NCBI GenBank assembly: GCA_963711565.1
Contig: CAVQEQ010000004.1
Location: 1,216,001-1,280,000, forward strand
Direction of reading: 5' to 3'
DNA length: 64,000 nt
Origin: an uncultured delta proteobacterium
GTDB lineage: Bacteria; Desulfobacterota; Binatia; Binatales; Binataceae
Of this stretch, positions 10,292 through 19,683 are shown piece after piece. A model generated the notes under the pieces. That model did no database searches, was not told where the DNA came from, and saw only the letters and a program-made list of their open reading frames with translations. The translations under genes and the position numbers were made by a program. Position 1 is the stretch's first letter. Each line of letters starts with the position of its first letter.

Positions 10292-11065
10292 ATGAACTAC
10301 AAGCGAAAGATGCCACGAGCACGCGAATACCGCTTCAAGATCGATGCATATACGCCCGACACGATCCCGATGGAGCGTTTGGGCGAGTACATGCAGGAAG
10401 TCGCGAAGCTCTTTGGCGAAACAGATAATGTTCACTTTATTCGTGTCGAGAAAGGTAGTTTGCAGATACTCCACAAAGTGGAGTTTGAAGCGGTCCCTAA
10501 AGTCGAGGAGCGCATAACCAAAGCGCGGCAGGATGAGGGGCCAGCCGAGCCCATCCAAGCCATCAAGACCATCAACCGAATGTTACGAGAGGACAATGGT
10601 ATCGGACTGCTTGCTCGCAAACGTGGCGCGACCATCATCAAGTTTCGCGGGCGCGAAGAAAAGCCAATTTCGCTTGGGTTGGTCTCTCAAGAAGGAAGCT
10701 TGGATGGTGTTGTGAACGTGGTAGGCGGTGATAGCGATCCTTGCCCAGTTCACCTCAAGTCGTCGGACGATGGACAAACTTATTTGTGCAACGCAAGTCG
10801 AGCGGTAGCCAAAGAATTGGCAAAGAACATGTTCGATGTTGAAATACGAGCGCAAGGCCTCGGCAGGTGGTTTCGCGATGACGAGGGAAAATGGGTTCTT
10901 GATCGTTTTCGGATCAGAAGTTTCGAGATTCTCAAAGACTTGCCACTAACCGCCGTTGTCGCTGACCTGCGTAGTGTACCTGGTAGCGAATGGCCGTTGC
11001 TTAAAGATCCATGGGGAGAACTTAATCGACTCCGAAGGGGGCCGGAGAGTAACGGACAGAAATAA
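10292..11065 (+). CDS. Uncharacterised protein, partner of the downstream PIN-domain gene
   Basis: 257-aa ORF in AT-richer DNA; stop directly abuts the PIN GTG start; no family recognised. Confidence 0.75.
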   Translation: MNYKRKMPRAREYRFKIDAYTPDTIPMERLGEYMQEVAKLFGETDNVHFIRVEKGSLQILHKVEFEAVPKVEERITKARQDEGPAEPIQAIKTINRMLREDNGIGLLARKRGATIIKFRGREEKPISLGLVSQEGSLDGVVNVVGGDSDPCPVHLKSSDDGQTYLCNASRAVAKELAKNMFDVEIRAQGLGRWFRDDEGKWVLDRFRIRSFEILKDLPLTAVVADLRSVPGSEWPLLKDPWGELNRLRRGPESNGQK

Positions 11066-11628
11066 GTGAGTGTAGCCTTCGATGCAACATTCCTGTTGCC
11101 GCTCTTTTTCTACGGATGTTCACGGTCCGATTGATCCAGCAACTAACAAGCCTCTGGAATTCATCAGGGAACGACTCGACCACTTAGTTGACGAGTTAGA
11201 GAATAACCGCACCAAGATCATCGTCCCAACGCCTGCCTTAAGCGAATTGCTAGTTCGCGCGGGCAAATGCTGGAATTGGATACCTCGATCGATTGCGACA
11301 AACACGCCCGTTTAAGATAGAGCCGTTCGACGAACGCGCGGCCTTGGAGGTCGCTCTCGCAATCCGAAAGAACATTGATCAGATGGGCAAAAAGCGGGGA
11401 GCCAAAGCGAGCGCGACGTGGGCCAAAGTCAAATTTGATCAGCAGATCGTCGCAATAGCGAAGGTTAACGGTGCTGCGATTCTCTATTCAGACGACGAGG
11501 ATTTGCGCGGTTTCGCAGCTCAGGTCCAGCTCACCGTTGTGCGATTGCGCGAACTCAAACTTCCGCCGAGAGAAGCACAGATGAATCTCGTCCTGCAGAC
11601 CACTCCCAAACCGATTCCCGAATCGTGA
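11066..11628 (+). CDS. PIN-domain nuclease (two +1 homopolymer frameshifts at about 11105-11109 and 11265-11267)
   Basis: Reconstructed 186 aa: VAFDATF, IVPTPALSELL, PFDERAA, KVKFDQQIVAIA, YSDDEDL, giving the PIN acidic tetrad. Confidence 0.8.
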
Positions 11629-11651
11629 GCCAAGCGCGGTGTCAGCTGCGA

Positions 11652-12851
11652 TTACTGCTCCATCACGACGCGGGTAACGCCGTTCAGGAACGGATCGAGG
11701 CGGCGGGCGAGGAAGCCGGAGAGGAACATTTTTGCGAACGCGATCAGAGGGGCGCTGAGGACGACACGGCTGAGCAGTGAATTAGACAGCAGGAGGCGCG
11801 GGCCGACTTGCTGCATGTCCTGGATCGTCACGACCTCGGGCCATCGCTCGGCCTGGACGTTGCGCGCGGCGAAATCGAGCGTGGCCTCGTCGGATCGCAT
11901 CATGAGTGCGCGCCCGAGATGGTTTGCCGTGACGACCGCGTCGCGCAGTGCGACGTTGATCCCCTGTCCGCCGACGGGCGACATCGGATGCGCCGCGTCG
12001 CCGATCAGCAACAGGCCCGGCGCGGTCCATTCCCGCAGCCGATCGCAAATGACGTCGAGCAGGAACGGATGCGCCATGCCGGACTTGTTGGCGACGAGAA
12101 AATTTCTTAAGTCAGGCGACACGTATGGCGCGAGCTTGCCGACCCATCCATCACCCATCTTTTTGATGTCGCCGAAGGTGCCCTTGTCTATTACCCATCC
12201 GATCTGCGTGTGGCCTTCGGGGGACGGATACATGATGAGCAGATGCCGGCTGCCGATGTAGCCGCGCGCCGTGCGAGCATCGGGAAATTGACCGGGGGCG
12301 TGTCCCCACACGACGTCGAAGCCTTGCATGATGCGGTCCTGCGGGAGCGCGGCACGTTTGCGAATCACCGATGCACGGCCGTCGCATGCGATGACGAAGT
12401 CGCCACGGAAATCGCGCGGACCTTCGAGCGTGTCGGCATGCACGCCCATCACGCGATCTTTTTCGTAGATGAGGTCGCGCACGGTTACGCCGCGCTCGAG
12501 CTTGAAGCCGGGGAATTTCGCGGCCTCGGCGACAATCATTTCGAGCATCGCGGGCTGCGGCACGACGCGCGGAGGCGTGGGCAGACCGGCGACTTGAACT
12601 GTGGCCACTCGACCCTCACCGCGAAAGAGCTCGACTGTTCCGATAGGTAGATTCGGCAAAGCGTCGAGCTGCTGGTGAAGGCCGGCCTCGCGGAGCGCCG
12701 CGATTCCCGACGGCATCAGGATCTCGCCGCGGAACTCGCGCGCGAAATCGGTCTGCCGTTCGAGCAGCGTCACCAGGACGCCGCGGCGCGCGAGCACGTA
12801 AGCGAGGAGGGTGCCTGCGGGTCCGGCGCCGACGACGATTGCATTCGGCAT
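11652..12851 (-). CDS. FAD-dependent oxidoreductase/monooxygenase (UbiH-like fold)
   Basis: GAGPAG, ACDG, GDAAHPMSPVGGQGIN fingerprints. Confidence 0.88.
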   Translation of the reverse strand: MPNAIVVGAGPAGTLLAYVLARRGVLVTLLERQTDFAREFRGEILMPSGIAALREAGLHQQLDALPNLPIGTVELFRGEGRVATVQVAGLPTPPRVVPQPAMLEMIVAEAAKFPGFKLERGVTVRDLIYEKDRVMGVHADTLEGPRDFRGDFVIACDGRASVIRKRAALPQDRIMQGFDVVWGHAPGQFPDARTARGYIGSRHLLIMYPSPEGHTQIGWVIDKGTFGDIKKMGDGWVGKLAPYVSPDLRNFLVANKSGMAHPFLLDVICDRLREWTAPGLLLIGDAAHPMSPVGGQGINVALRDAVVTANHLGRALMMRSDEATLDFAARNVQAERWPEVVTIQDMQQVGPRLLLSNSLLSRVVLSAPLIAFAKMFLSGFLARRLDPFLNGVTRVVMEQ

Positions 12852-12852
12852 T

Positions 12853-13863
12853 TTAGACTTCGCGGGAGGTTTGGTCGTCGATCAACGTTGCGAGGCCGTC
12901 GCGGTAGGGCGAGGGTTCGAGCTCGCCGACGATCGTGCGCGCAATTGCGACCTGCTCCGCGGCCAATTGGCGCGCGGCGGCGATGATCTTGGGATCGCGT
13001 AGCAGGTCGAGCGCGCGCTCGAACACCGCAGTGTCCATCATGCTCCCTTTCTGGAACAGCGCGCGCAGCTCGGCACTGCGCTCGACGCCAAGCACGACCG
13101 GCAGCGACGGGATGCCGGCGCGCAAGTCGGAGCCGACCGGCTTGCCGATTTTTTCCTCGGGCCCCAGGATGTCGAGCAGGTCGTCGACCATTTGGAACGC
13201 CAGGCCCATCGCGGTGCCGAGCTTCGCCATCGCGTCGATCGTCCGCTTCGATACGCCGGCCAACTCCGCCGCGAGCCTGCCACCGGCATAGAACAGCGAC
13301 GCGGTCTTGCGATCGATCACGTTGATATAGTCGGCCAGGGTCGCCGCCGCGTTGTGCCGGAACCTGCTCTCCATCACTTCGCCTTCGGTGAGCTGGATGC
13401 AGGCCTGGGCCGCCGTGCGAACGAGACGTTCGTCGAAGCGCCCGGAGACCTCGAACGCGCGGCAGAAAAGATAGTCGCCCGCGATTAGCGACGGGCCGAA
13501 TCCGTAGCGCGCGAAGGCCGACGGCTTGCCGCGGCGCAGCATGCCGCGATCGATGATGTCGTCGTGGAGCAGCGTCGCGGAATGGATCAACTCGAGCGCG
13601 ATCGACGCATCGATCGGTTCGTCGGCGCGCGCGTCGCTCCCGCCGCATGCGCGATACACCAGCATGATAAACGTCGGGCGCAACCGCTTGCCGCCGGCGT
13701 CGACGAGGTAATGGCAGATTTCCGCGATGATCGGTTCTTTCGAGTCGAGCAGGCGCGACAGTTTCGCTTCGACCGCGGCGAGGTCGGCTTCGACGAGGCG
13801 CGCGGGGTTCAACGCTTCAGGCGTCGATGCGGCAGCGAGTTGAGTGGCCTTGGCTCTTTTCAT
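12853..13863 (-). CDS. Polyprenyl diphosphate synthase
   Basis: GGKRLRP, HDDIID...RRG, KT, FQMVDDLLD (FARM/SARM). Confidence 0.92.
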   Translation of the reverse strand: MKRAKATQLAAASTPEALNPARLVEADLAAVEAKLSRLLDSKEPIIAEICHYLVDAGGKRLRPTFIMLVYRACGGSDARADEPIDASIALELIHSATLLHDDIIDRGMLRRGKPSAFARYGFGPSLIAGDYLFCRAFEVSGRFDERLVRTAAQACIQLTEGEVMESRFRHNAAATLADYINVIDRKTASLFYAGGRLAAELAGVSKRTIDAMAKLGTAMGLAFQMVDDLLDILGPEEKIGKPVGSDLRAGIPSLPVVLGVERSAELRALFQKGSMMDTAVFERALDLLRDPKIIAAARQLAAEQVAIARTIVGELEPSPYRDGLATLIDDQTSREV

Positions 13864-13890
13864 TTTGCAGTGAAATCGTACGCAATCGTC

Positions 13891-14643
13891 TCAGCGGAAT
13901 AAATCGGCCTCGGCCGGACGAATCAATATCTTCGCGCTGCCTTCGAATGGTTCGTATTGGTATCCGCGCACGACGACCGCCGGAATGGCGCCCGCTTTTT
14001 CCATGAGCAGTCCGGCGGCGGATGCGATCTCGTCGGCGATCGCGACGACGGTGTGATGCAATTCGCGGCCGCCCAAGTCAGTGGTGCCGCGCAAGTCGAG
14101 GATGGCATTCATGCCCGCGATGCCCAGGCAGATTTCCGTGAGGCCGTCGCGCCACGGACGTCCGAAGGTGTCGGTGATCAGCACGGCGACCGTGACGCCG
14201 AGGCGGCGGCGAATCTCGTCGCGCAAGCGGCGCGCCGACGCGTCGGGATCTTCGGGCAGCAGTATCGCGCGCTCGTCCTCGAGGCTGTTGGATTCATCGA
14301 CGCCGGCGTTGGCGCAGACCCACCCGGGTCCGGTCTCGACGATCATCACGCCGCGATCGTTGCGCACGATTCGGCTGGTCTGGCGCAGCACGATTTCGAT
14401 CGCGCGCGGGTCTTTCTCCCATCGCTTGGCGTAGGCCTTGGCGAATTCGGACGGCTCGAAATCCTTGAAGTTCACGACGCGGCCTTCCGCCTTCGAGACT
14501 ACCTTCTGGCATACGACGAGAATATCGCCGCCTGCGAGCTTGAAGCCGGTGTCGTCGAGTCCCTTGACGATCAGCGCGGCGAGATCGTCGCCCGCCTTGA
14601 TCATCGGGATGCCCTCGACCGCTGTGAGACTTATCGTGCGCAT
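13891..14643 (-). CDS. cofE: Coenzyme F420-0:L-glutamate ligase
   Basis: QKVVSKAEGR, CANAGVDESN, LLPEDPDASA, DTFGRPWR, ADEIASAA, DLFR; start moved to MRTISL. Confidence 0.93.
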   Translation of the reverse strand: MRTISLTAVEGIPMIKAGDDLAALIVKGLDDTGFKLAGGDILVVCQKVVSKAEGRVVNFKDFEPSEFAKAYAKRWEKDPRAIEIVLRQTSRIVRNDRGVMIVETGPGWVCANAGVDESNSLEDERAILLPEDPDASARRLRDEIRRRLGVTVAVLITDTFGRPWRDGLTEICLGIAGMNAILDLRGTTDLGGRELHHTVVAIADEIASAAGLLMEKAGAIPAVVVRGYQYEPFEGSAKILIRPAEADLFR

Positions 14644-14659
14644 CGGCGGCACCAGAGTA

Positions 14660-15625
14660 CTACACCTGTAGCCCTTGCAGAACCACTTTTGCCAGCGCTG
14701 CGGCACGCTCGGGAGTGGTCATGATCGTGTCGGTCGCAACCGCGCGCATCCCAAGTCGCTCGATCGGTTCGACGTAGCTGCTGTCGGCGTTGTCGAGAAC
14801 GAACAGCCCGACGATGTCGCGATACAGTCGCGCGACTCCGAGCGGCGAGACTTCCATCCCCAGGCCGCGCAGCATTTTGTCGGCGGGACCTTTGATCGTC
14901 TTGCCGCCGACAATCGGGCTGATGGCCGCGACGCGCGATTTCACTTTTCGCAAAGCCTCGCGCACGCCCTTCAATTGCAAAATCGGCCCGAGCGAGACGA
15001 ACGGATTCGACGGCGCGAGGATGACCGCGTCGGATTTGCGAATCGCGTCGAGCACCGCCGGAGTAGGGCGCGCATCGGCGATTCCGCGCAGCTCGATCTG
15101 CTCGACGCCGCCGCGCGCGCGTCCGCGCACGAAATATTCCTGGAACGGTATTGCTTGACGCCCGCGCAGTTTCACGAAAGTTCGCACTCGATCGTCGCTC
15201 ATCGGCAGGATCTTCGACTTGACTGCAAAGGCGTCCGCGATTTCCGCGGTGATTCGAGTGAGCGATGCGCCCTGACGCATCCGCTCGGTGCGATATAGAT
15301 GAGTGGCGAGGTCGCGATCGCCGAGTCCGAACCACGGCTTGCCGTAGAAGCGCTCGAGGGCCGGCAGCACGTTGAACGACTCGCCTTCGAGGCCCCAGCC
15401 CTGTGCGCGATTCACCGCGCCCGCGAGCGTGTAGGTGACGGTGTCGATATCGGGCGAGACGTGCAGCCCGTAAAATTCTTCGTCGTCGCCGGTGTTGACG
15501 ACGACCGTCAGCCGCGCGGGATCGATTCGCCGGACGAGTCCCCGGATGAACTTAGCCGCACCCACTCCCCCCGCTAGCGTGGTTATCTGCCGACGTGGGA
15601 GGGATCGCGATTGGCCGCGCGCCAT
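14660..15625 (-). CDS. cofD: 2-phospho-L-lactate transferase
   Basis: LAGGVGAAKF, VNTGDD, SPDIDTV, LGDRDLATH, FQEY, PSNPFVS, KGPADKM. Confidence 0.95.
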   Translation of the reverse strand: MARGQSRSLPRRQITTLAGGVGAAKFIRGLVRRIDPARLTVVVNTGDDEEFYGLHVSPDIDTVTYTLAGAVNRAQGWGLEGESFNVLPALERFYGKPWFGLGDRDLATHLYRTERMRQGASLTRITAEIADAFAVKSKILPMSDDRVRTFVKLRGRQAIPFQEYFVRGRARGGVEQIELRGIADARPTPAVLDAIRKSDAVILAPSNPFVSLGPILQLKGVREALRKVKSRVAAISPIVGGKTIKGPADKMLRGLGMEVSPLGVARLYRDIVGLFVLDNADSSYVEPIERLGMRAVATDTIMTTPERAAALAKVVLQGLQV

Positions 15626-16802
15626 TGGGTGCCTTTTTTCCGTAGAGCTTTTTGTAGAGCGTGCTGCGTTCGACCGCGACGCGGCCCATCTCGCGCGCCT
15701 TGTCCTCGAACACGTCGACCGGGATGAACTCGCCCGAGTCGCCGGCCTGCGCCGTGATGCTTTCCTCCATCAAGGTGCCCGACAGATCGTTGCATCCGGC
15801 CTTGAGCGTGAGCGCCGCGAGATCGATGCCGCACTTCACCCACGACGTTTGTATATTGTCGATCTGCCCGCGCAGGAACAGGCGCGAGACGGCGTACATC
15901 TGGAAATCAAGCTGCCCGCGATCGACCGGCGACACGAGTCCCTTGCGATAGAGCATCGTGTTCTGATGGATAAAGCGCAGCGGCACGAACTCGGTGAAGC
16001 CATGCGTCTGTTTCTGGATCGTGCGCAGCAGATCGAGATGATTCACTACATGCTGCGGACTCTCGACGTGGCCGTACATCACAGTTGAGGTCGTCGGTAC
16101 GCCGACCGCGTGCGCCGTAGTGATTATCTCGACCCACGCGGCGACGTTGACTTTCTTGTGACTCAGGATCTCGCGCACGCCGTCGTCGAGGATTTCCGCC
16201 GCCGTCCCCGGAATCGATCCGAGCCCGTGCTCCTTGAGCATCGTGATGTATTCCGGATAGTCCATCCGCACGCGCTTGGCGCCGTACATTATTTCCATCG
16301 GCGAGAACGCGTGGATGTGAATCTCGGGGAACGCGCGCTTCATCGCGTCGAGCAGGTCGCGATACTTGAACGGCGGCATGTCGGGGTTGATGCCGCCCTG
16401 CATGCAAATCTCCGTCGCTCCGCGCGCGACCGCGTCGGCAACTTTGCGCACGATCGTTTCGTCGGAATGGTCGTAAGCGTCGGCCTCCCAGCGCTGCCGC
16501 TTGAAGCCGCAGAACTGGCATCCCACGAAACAGATATTGGTGAAGTTGATATTGCGATTGACGACGTAGGTGACTTCGTCGCCGATATCCTCGGCGCGCG
16601 CGAGGTCCGCGCATTTCACCGTCGCGCGCAGGTCGTCGCCCTCCGACGTGTAGAGCAGCAGGCCTTCCTCGGGCGTCAGCTCTTTTTTCAGGAGAGCGTG
16701 TTCGAGCGCGGTGCGCACCGCGGGCGATGACCGGCCGAGCAAAGCCTCGACGGGGGTCGCCTCGATTTCATCGACGTAAGTGCGCCAGTACTCCAGGTTC
16801 AT
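15552..16802 (-). CDS. cofH: FO synthase subunit CofH (radical SAM)
   Basis: NRNINFTNIC...CQFC, HAFSPME, PGTAAEIL, FTEFVPL, NIQTSWVK, GTLMEE. Confidence 0.93.
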   Translation of the reverse strand: MNLEYWRTYVDEIEATPVEALLGRSSPAVRTALEHALLKKELTPEEGLLLYTSEGDDLRATVKCADLARAEDIGDEVTYVVNRNINFTNICFVGCQFCGFKRQRWEADAYDHSDETIVRKVADAVARGATEICMQGGINPDMPPFKYRDLLDAMKRAFPEIHIHAFSPMEIMYGAKRVRMDYPEYITMLKEHGLGSIPGTAAEILDDGVREILSHKKVNVAAWVEIITTAHAVGVPTTSTVMYGHVESPQHVVNHLDLLRTIQKQTHGFTEFVPLRFIHQNTMLYRKGLVSPVDRGQLDFQMYAVSRLFLRGQIDNIQTSWVKCGIDLAALTLKAGCNDLSGTLMEESITAQAGDSGEFIPVDVFEDKAREMGRVAVERSTLYKKLYGKKAPNGARPIAIPPTSADNHASGGSGCG

Positions 16803-18001
16803 GATTGGCCTCCGACAGGTCGATCCCATATCGCGCGCACTTTAGTCGCGACCGCCGGGTCGAGCCATTCATCATTGATGTATTCGTTGTAAATTGCGAG
16901 CCTTTCACCGAGCGTGAAACCGGCGCGCGCGCATTGCTCGCCGAGCCGATCGAGATGCGGCCACGGCGCTTCGGGATTCACGTAGTCCTTGCTGAGCGGC
17001 GAAATCCCGCCCCAGTCGTTGATTCCCGCATTCAGGAACAACTCGATCTGGCGCGGCGACAAGTTCGGCGGCGCCTGCACGTTCATCGACGGCCCGAGCA
17101 CGAGGCGCGCAGTCGCGATCGCGCGCGCCATGTCGTAGGCGTCGGGCTCCGGCGCGTCGGCCATCGCGATCTCAGGCTTGGCGCGAAAATTCTGGATAAT
17201 CACTTCCTGGATATGACCGTGACGCTCGTGCGTGTCGCGAATCGCCGTCAGGCTCAGCGCGCGTTCGGCCGGAGTCTCGCCGATACCGAGCAGGATTCCA
17301 GTCGTGAACGGAATCCGCAGCGCGCCGGCGTCATCTATCATCTTGATCCGCAGCGCGGGGTCTTTGTCGGGCGCCGCCTGATGCACTCCGCCGCGCGCAC
17401 GCAATCGCGGCGAGATATTTTCGAGCATCAGGCCCATGCTCGCGTTGAGCGGACGCAGCGCGCGCATTTCATCCGAGGTCATCAGCCCGGCATTAGTATG
17501 CGGCAGCAGTCCCTCGGCGAGCGCGATCTCGCACGCACGGCCGACGTATTCAATCGTCGTGCGGACGCCGAGCGTCGCTAGCGTGTCGCGATATGTTTTG
17601 AATGCGACCTCCGGCTTGTCGCCCAGGCACATCAGCGCCTCTTTGCATCCGAGCTCGGCGCCGCGCCGCGACCACAGCGCAATCTCGTCCGGCATCATCG
17701 TCCACGCACCGGGGTCGCCGGGATCCTTGCGAAACGTGCAGTAGGTGCACCGGTCGCGGCAGAGATTGGTGACGGGCAGGAAAACCTTGCGCGAGTATGT
17801 GACATCGCGCCCCTTGCCGCGATCGCGCAGCTCAGCCGCCGCCGAGAGCATCGCGTCGATGTCGCCGTCGGGACATTCGATCAGCGCGACCGCGTCCGCA
17901 TCGCTCAAACGCGCACCTGCCAGGGCTCGATCGAGGATATCGCGAATCGGCGCGCGGTCGCGCTGCTCCGAAGCGAGCGATGAATTTAGCGACGGCATCA
18001 A
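16799..18001 (-). CDS. cofG: FO synthase subunit CofG (radical SAM)
   Basis: YSRKVFLPVTNLCRDRCTYC, LPHTNAG, SMGLMLE, APDKDP, QAPPNL, DWGGISP, NPEAPWP. Confidence 0.95.
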   Translation of the reverse strand: MMPSLNSSLASEQRDRAPIRDILDRALAGARLSDADAVALIECPDGDIDAMLSAAAELRDRGKGRDVTYSRKVFLPVTNLCRDRCTYCTFRKDPGDPGAWTMMPDEIALWSRRGAELGCKEALMCLGDKPEVAFKTYRDTLATLGVRTTIEYVGRACEIALAEGLLPHTNAGLMTSDEMRALRPLNASMGLMLENISPRLRARGGVHQAAPDKDPALRIKMIDDAGALRIPFTTGILLGIGETPAERALSLTAIRDTHERHGHIQEVIIQNFRAKPEIAMADAPEPDAYDMARAIATARLVLGPSMNVQAPPNLSPRQIELFLNAGINDWGGISPLSKDYVNPEAPWPHLDRLGEQCARAGFTLGERLAIYNEYINDEWLDPAVATKVRAIWDRPVGGQS

Positions 18002-18111
18002 TCGCGTTTATAAGACATCAGGTTCGGGGAGGCAACCTAGTTGCAAAACAAAACTGGCATTCAAGGGTCCGGGGCTCGGCGCATGAATTTTTCGATTTTC
18101 TCAAAAAAAGT

Positions 18112-18137
18112 TGTAACCAAATTGCGCCGCGAACGTA
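18112..18137 (+). promoter_or_regulatory. ECF sigma-type promoter
   Basis: TGTAAC-N16-CGTA, matching the classic SigW/SigX-like ECF consensus; A/T tract upstream. Confidence 0.55.
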
Positions 18138-18143
18138 CAGATA

Positions 18144-18236
18144 GCGAGCTTGGCTGAGATTCTCTCCCCCCCGGGGTTTTTCCAGTCGGCTTCGGGCCAG
18201 CGATGGGGACCCCTCCTCGCTGGTCCGTTCTTTATT
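18144..18236 (+). ncRNA. Candidate two-hairpin sRNA with C-rich loops
   Basis: Follows the ECF promoter; hairpin 1 loop UCCCCCC; hairpin 2 gggccagcga/tcgctggtcc enclosing CCCUCC, then a U-rich tail. Confidence 0.45.
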
Positions 18237-18248
18237 GCCGTGGGGCCT

Positions 18249-18371
18249 CTAAATTCCGGAAAAGTAGATAAGAACGGCGGCCAGAACGGCCGCGACTATG
18301 AAGATCGGCACGTAGTGGCTCTCTTCGACCTTCGGCCACCACGGGAACCACGGAAACGGGTTCGTCTTCAC
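18249..18371 (-). CDS. Small 40-aa single-pass membrane protein
   Basis: GTG start; MKTNPFPWFPWWPKVEESHYVPIFIVAAVLAAVLIYFSGI; clean TM helix; purine-rich upstream. Confidence 0.5.
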   Translation of the reverse strand: MKTNPFPWFPWWPKVEESHYVPIFIVAAVLAAVLIYFSGI

Positions 18372-18423
18372 TCTTCAACCTTACTCTTCGACTGTTTGAT
18401 GCGCGAATTCCGGTGGCCATACT

Positions 18424-18499
18424 GTGGCACAGGCTTCAGCCTGTGATTTCTGGTCTGCAAAAATCCAGGCCGAGGACCACAGGCTAAAGCCTGTGCCAC
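18424..18499. repeat. REP-like inverted doublet (family B)
   Basis: GTGGCACAGGCTTCAGCCTGTG ... CACAGGCTAAAGCCTGTGCCAC. Confidence 0.8.
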
Positions 18500-18525
18500 T
18501 GGAGCACACATCATGATGCCGTCTT

Positions 18526-18615
18526 TGTGTCATTCAGAGCCGCTGCGGCGAAGAATCCCGGCGCAGTTGAAGCGAGCACCCATCGGGGATTCTTCGCTCC
18601 GCTCTGAATGACACA
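18526..18615. repeat. Palindromic element family C
   Basis: TGTGTCATTCAGAGC..GCGAAGAATCCC ... GGGATTCTTCGC..GCTCTGAATGACACA; partial copy at 63435-63474. Confidence 0.8.
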
Positions 18616-18669
18616 ATGGCGTAGGAACGCAATGATAAGATTTCGTGAGAAGGTGAAGGAGTCCCCCCG

Positions 18670-19596
18670 ATGACACCGACCGCCGATCCGCTCGTTCACA
18701 CCTACTCGATTGTCGCGCGCGACCCCGCCACCGGCCAGCTCGGCGTCGCCGTCCAGTCGCATTACTTCTCCGTCGGCTCGGTCGTCACGTGGGCGGAGGC
18801 GGGCGTTGGCGCGGTCGCATCGCAAGCGATGGCCGATCCTGCGTACGGCAAACTCGGGCTCGATCTGATGCGCGCCCGGAAGAGCGCGCCTGACGCGCTC
18901 GCCGGTCTGCTCGCCGCCGATCCTATGAGAGAAGTTCGGCAGGTCGCGATGGTCGATCCGCTGGGCCGAGTCGCCGCTCACACCGGCTCGTCGACGATTC
19001 CCGAAGCTGGACACATCGTCGGCGACGGATTTTCCGTGCAGGCCAACATGATGCTCAAGAACATGGTCTGGCCCGCGATGGCCGAGGCGTACCGCAGTGC
19101 GAAAGGCGATCTCGTCGATCGATTCCTCGCGGCACTCGATGCGGCCGAAGCTGAAGGAGGCGATATTCGCGGGCGTCAATCGGCCGCCATCTTGATCGTC
19201 AACGCGAAGAGCACCGGCCGTCCGTGGATCGACACCATCTTCGATCTTCGCGTTAACGACGCACCCGAGCCGCTGGTCGAGATTCGCCGCCTCGTGGCAG
19301 TCCGCCGCGCCTTCATTCACATGCGCCTCGGCAACGAAGCTGCGGGACGGGGCGATCTGGAAGCCGCCGAGCGCGAGTTCACCGCCGCCGAGCGGCTTAT
19401 CGGTGACAATCTCGAAATGCGCTACTGGCACGGGATAGCGTTGCTAGGTCTCGGCAAGATAGACGATGGCCTCGCAATACTGCGCGAGGTCGGTAGTCGC
19501 GATCGCAACTGGATCGAGCTCACCTTGCGGCTGCCCAGCACGCTGTTCGGGAGCGACGCATCATTGAAAGACCGCGTCGCGAAACTGCTGGGATGA
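18670..19596 (+). CDS. DUF1028 (Ntn-hydrolase-like) protein with C-terminal TPR-like helices
   Basis: HTYSIVARD...GVAVQS, GVGAVASQA, QANMM, GGDIRGRQSAA, DLRV. Confidence 0.88.
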   Translation: MTPTADPLVHTYSIVARDPATGQLGVAVQSHYFSVGSVVTWAEAGVGAVASQAMADPAYGKLGLDLMRARKSAPDALAGLLAADPMREVRQVAMVDPLGRVAAHTGSSTIPEAGHIVGDGFSVQANMMLKNMVWPAMAEAYRSAKGDLVDRFLAALDAAEAEGGDIRGRQSAAILIVNAKSTGRPWIDTIFDLRVNDAPEPLVEIRRLVAVRRAFIHMRLGNEAAGRGDLEAAEREFTAAERLIGDNLEMRYWHGIALLGLGKIDDGLAILREVGSRDRNWIELTLRLPSTLFGSDASLKDRVAKLLG

Positions 19597-19683
19597 CTGT
19601 CGCATTGGAGACAAAACCGTTTTGCCCCGTTCGTCCGCAGGGACTAATCTGAGCGGGATAGGCGAACCCGGAGTACACCCAAG

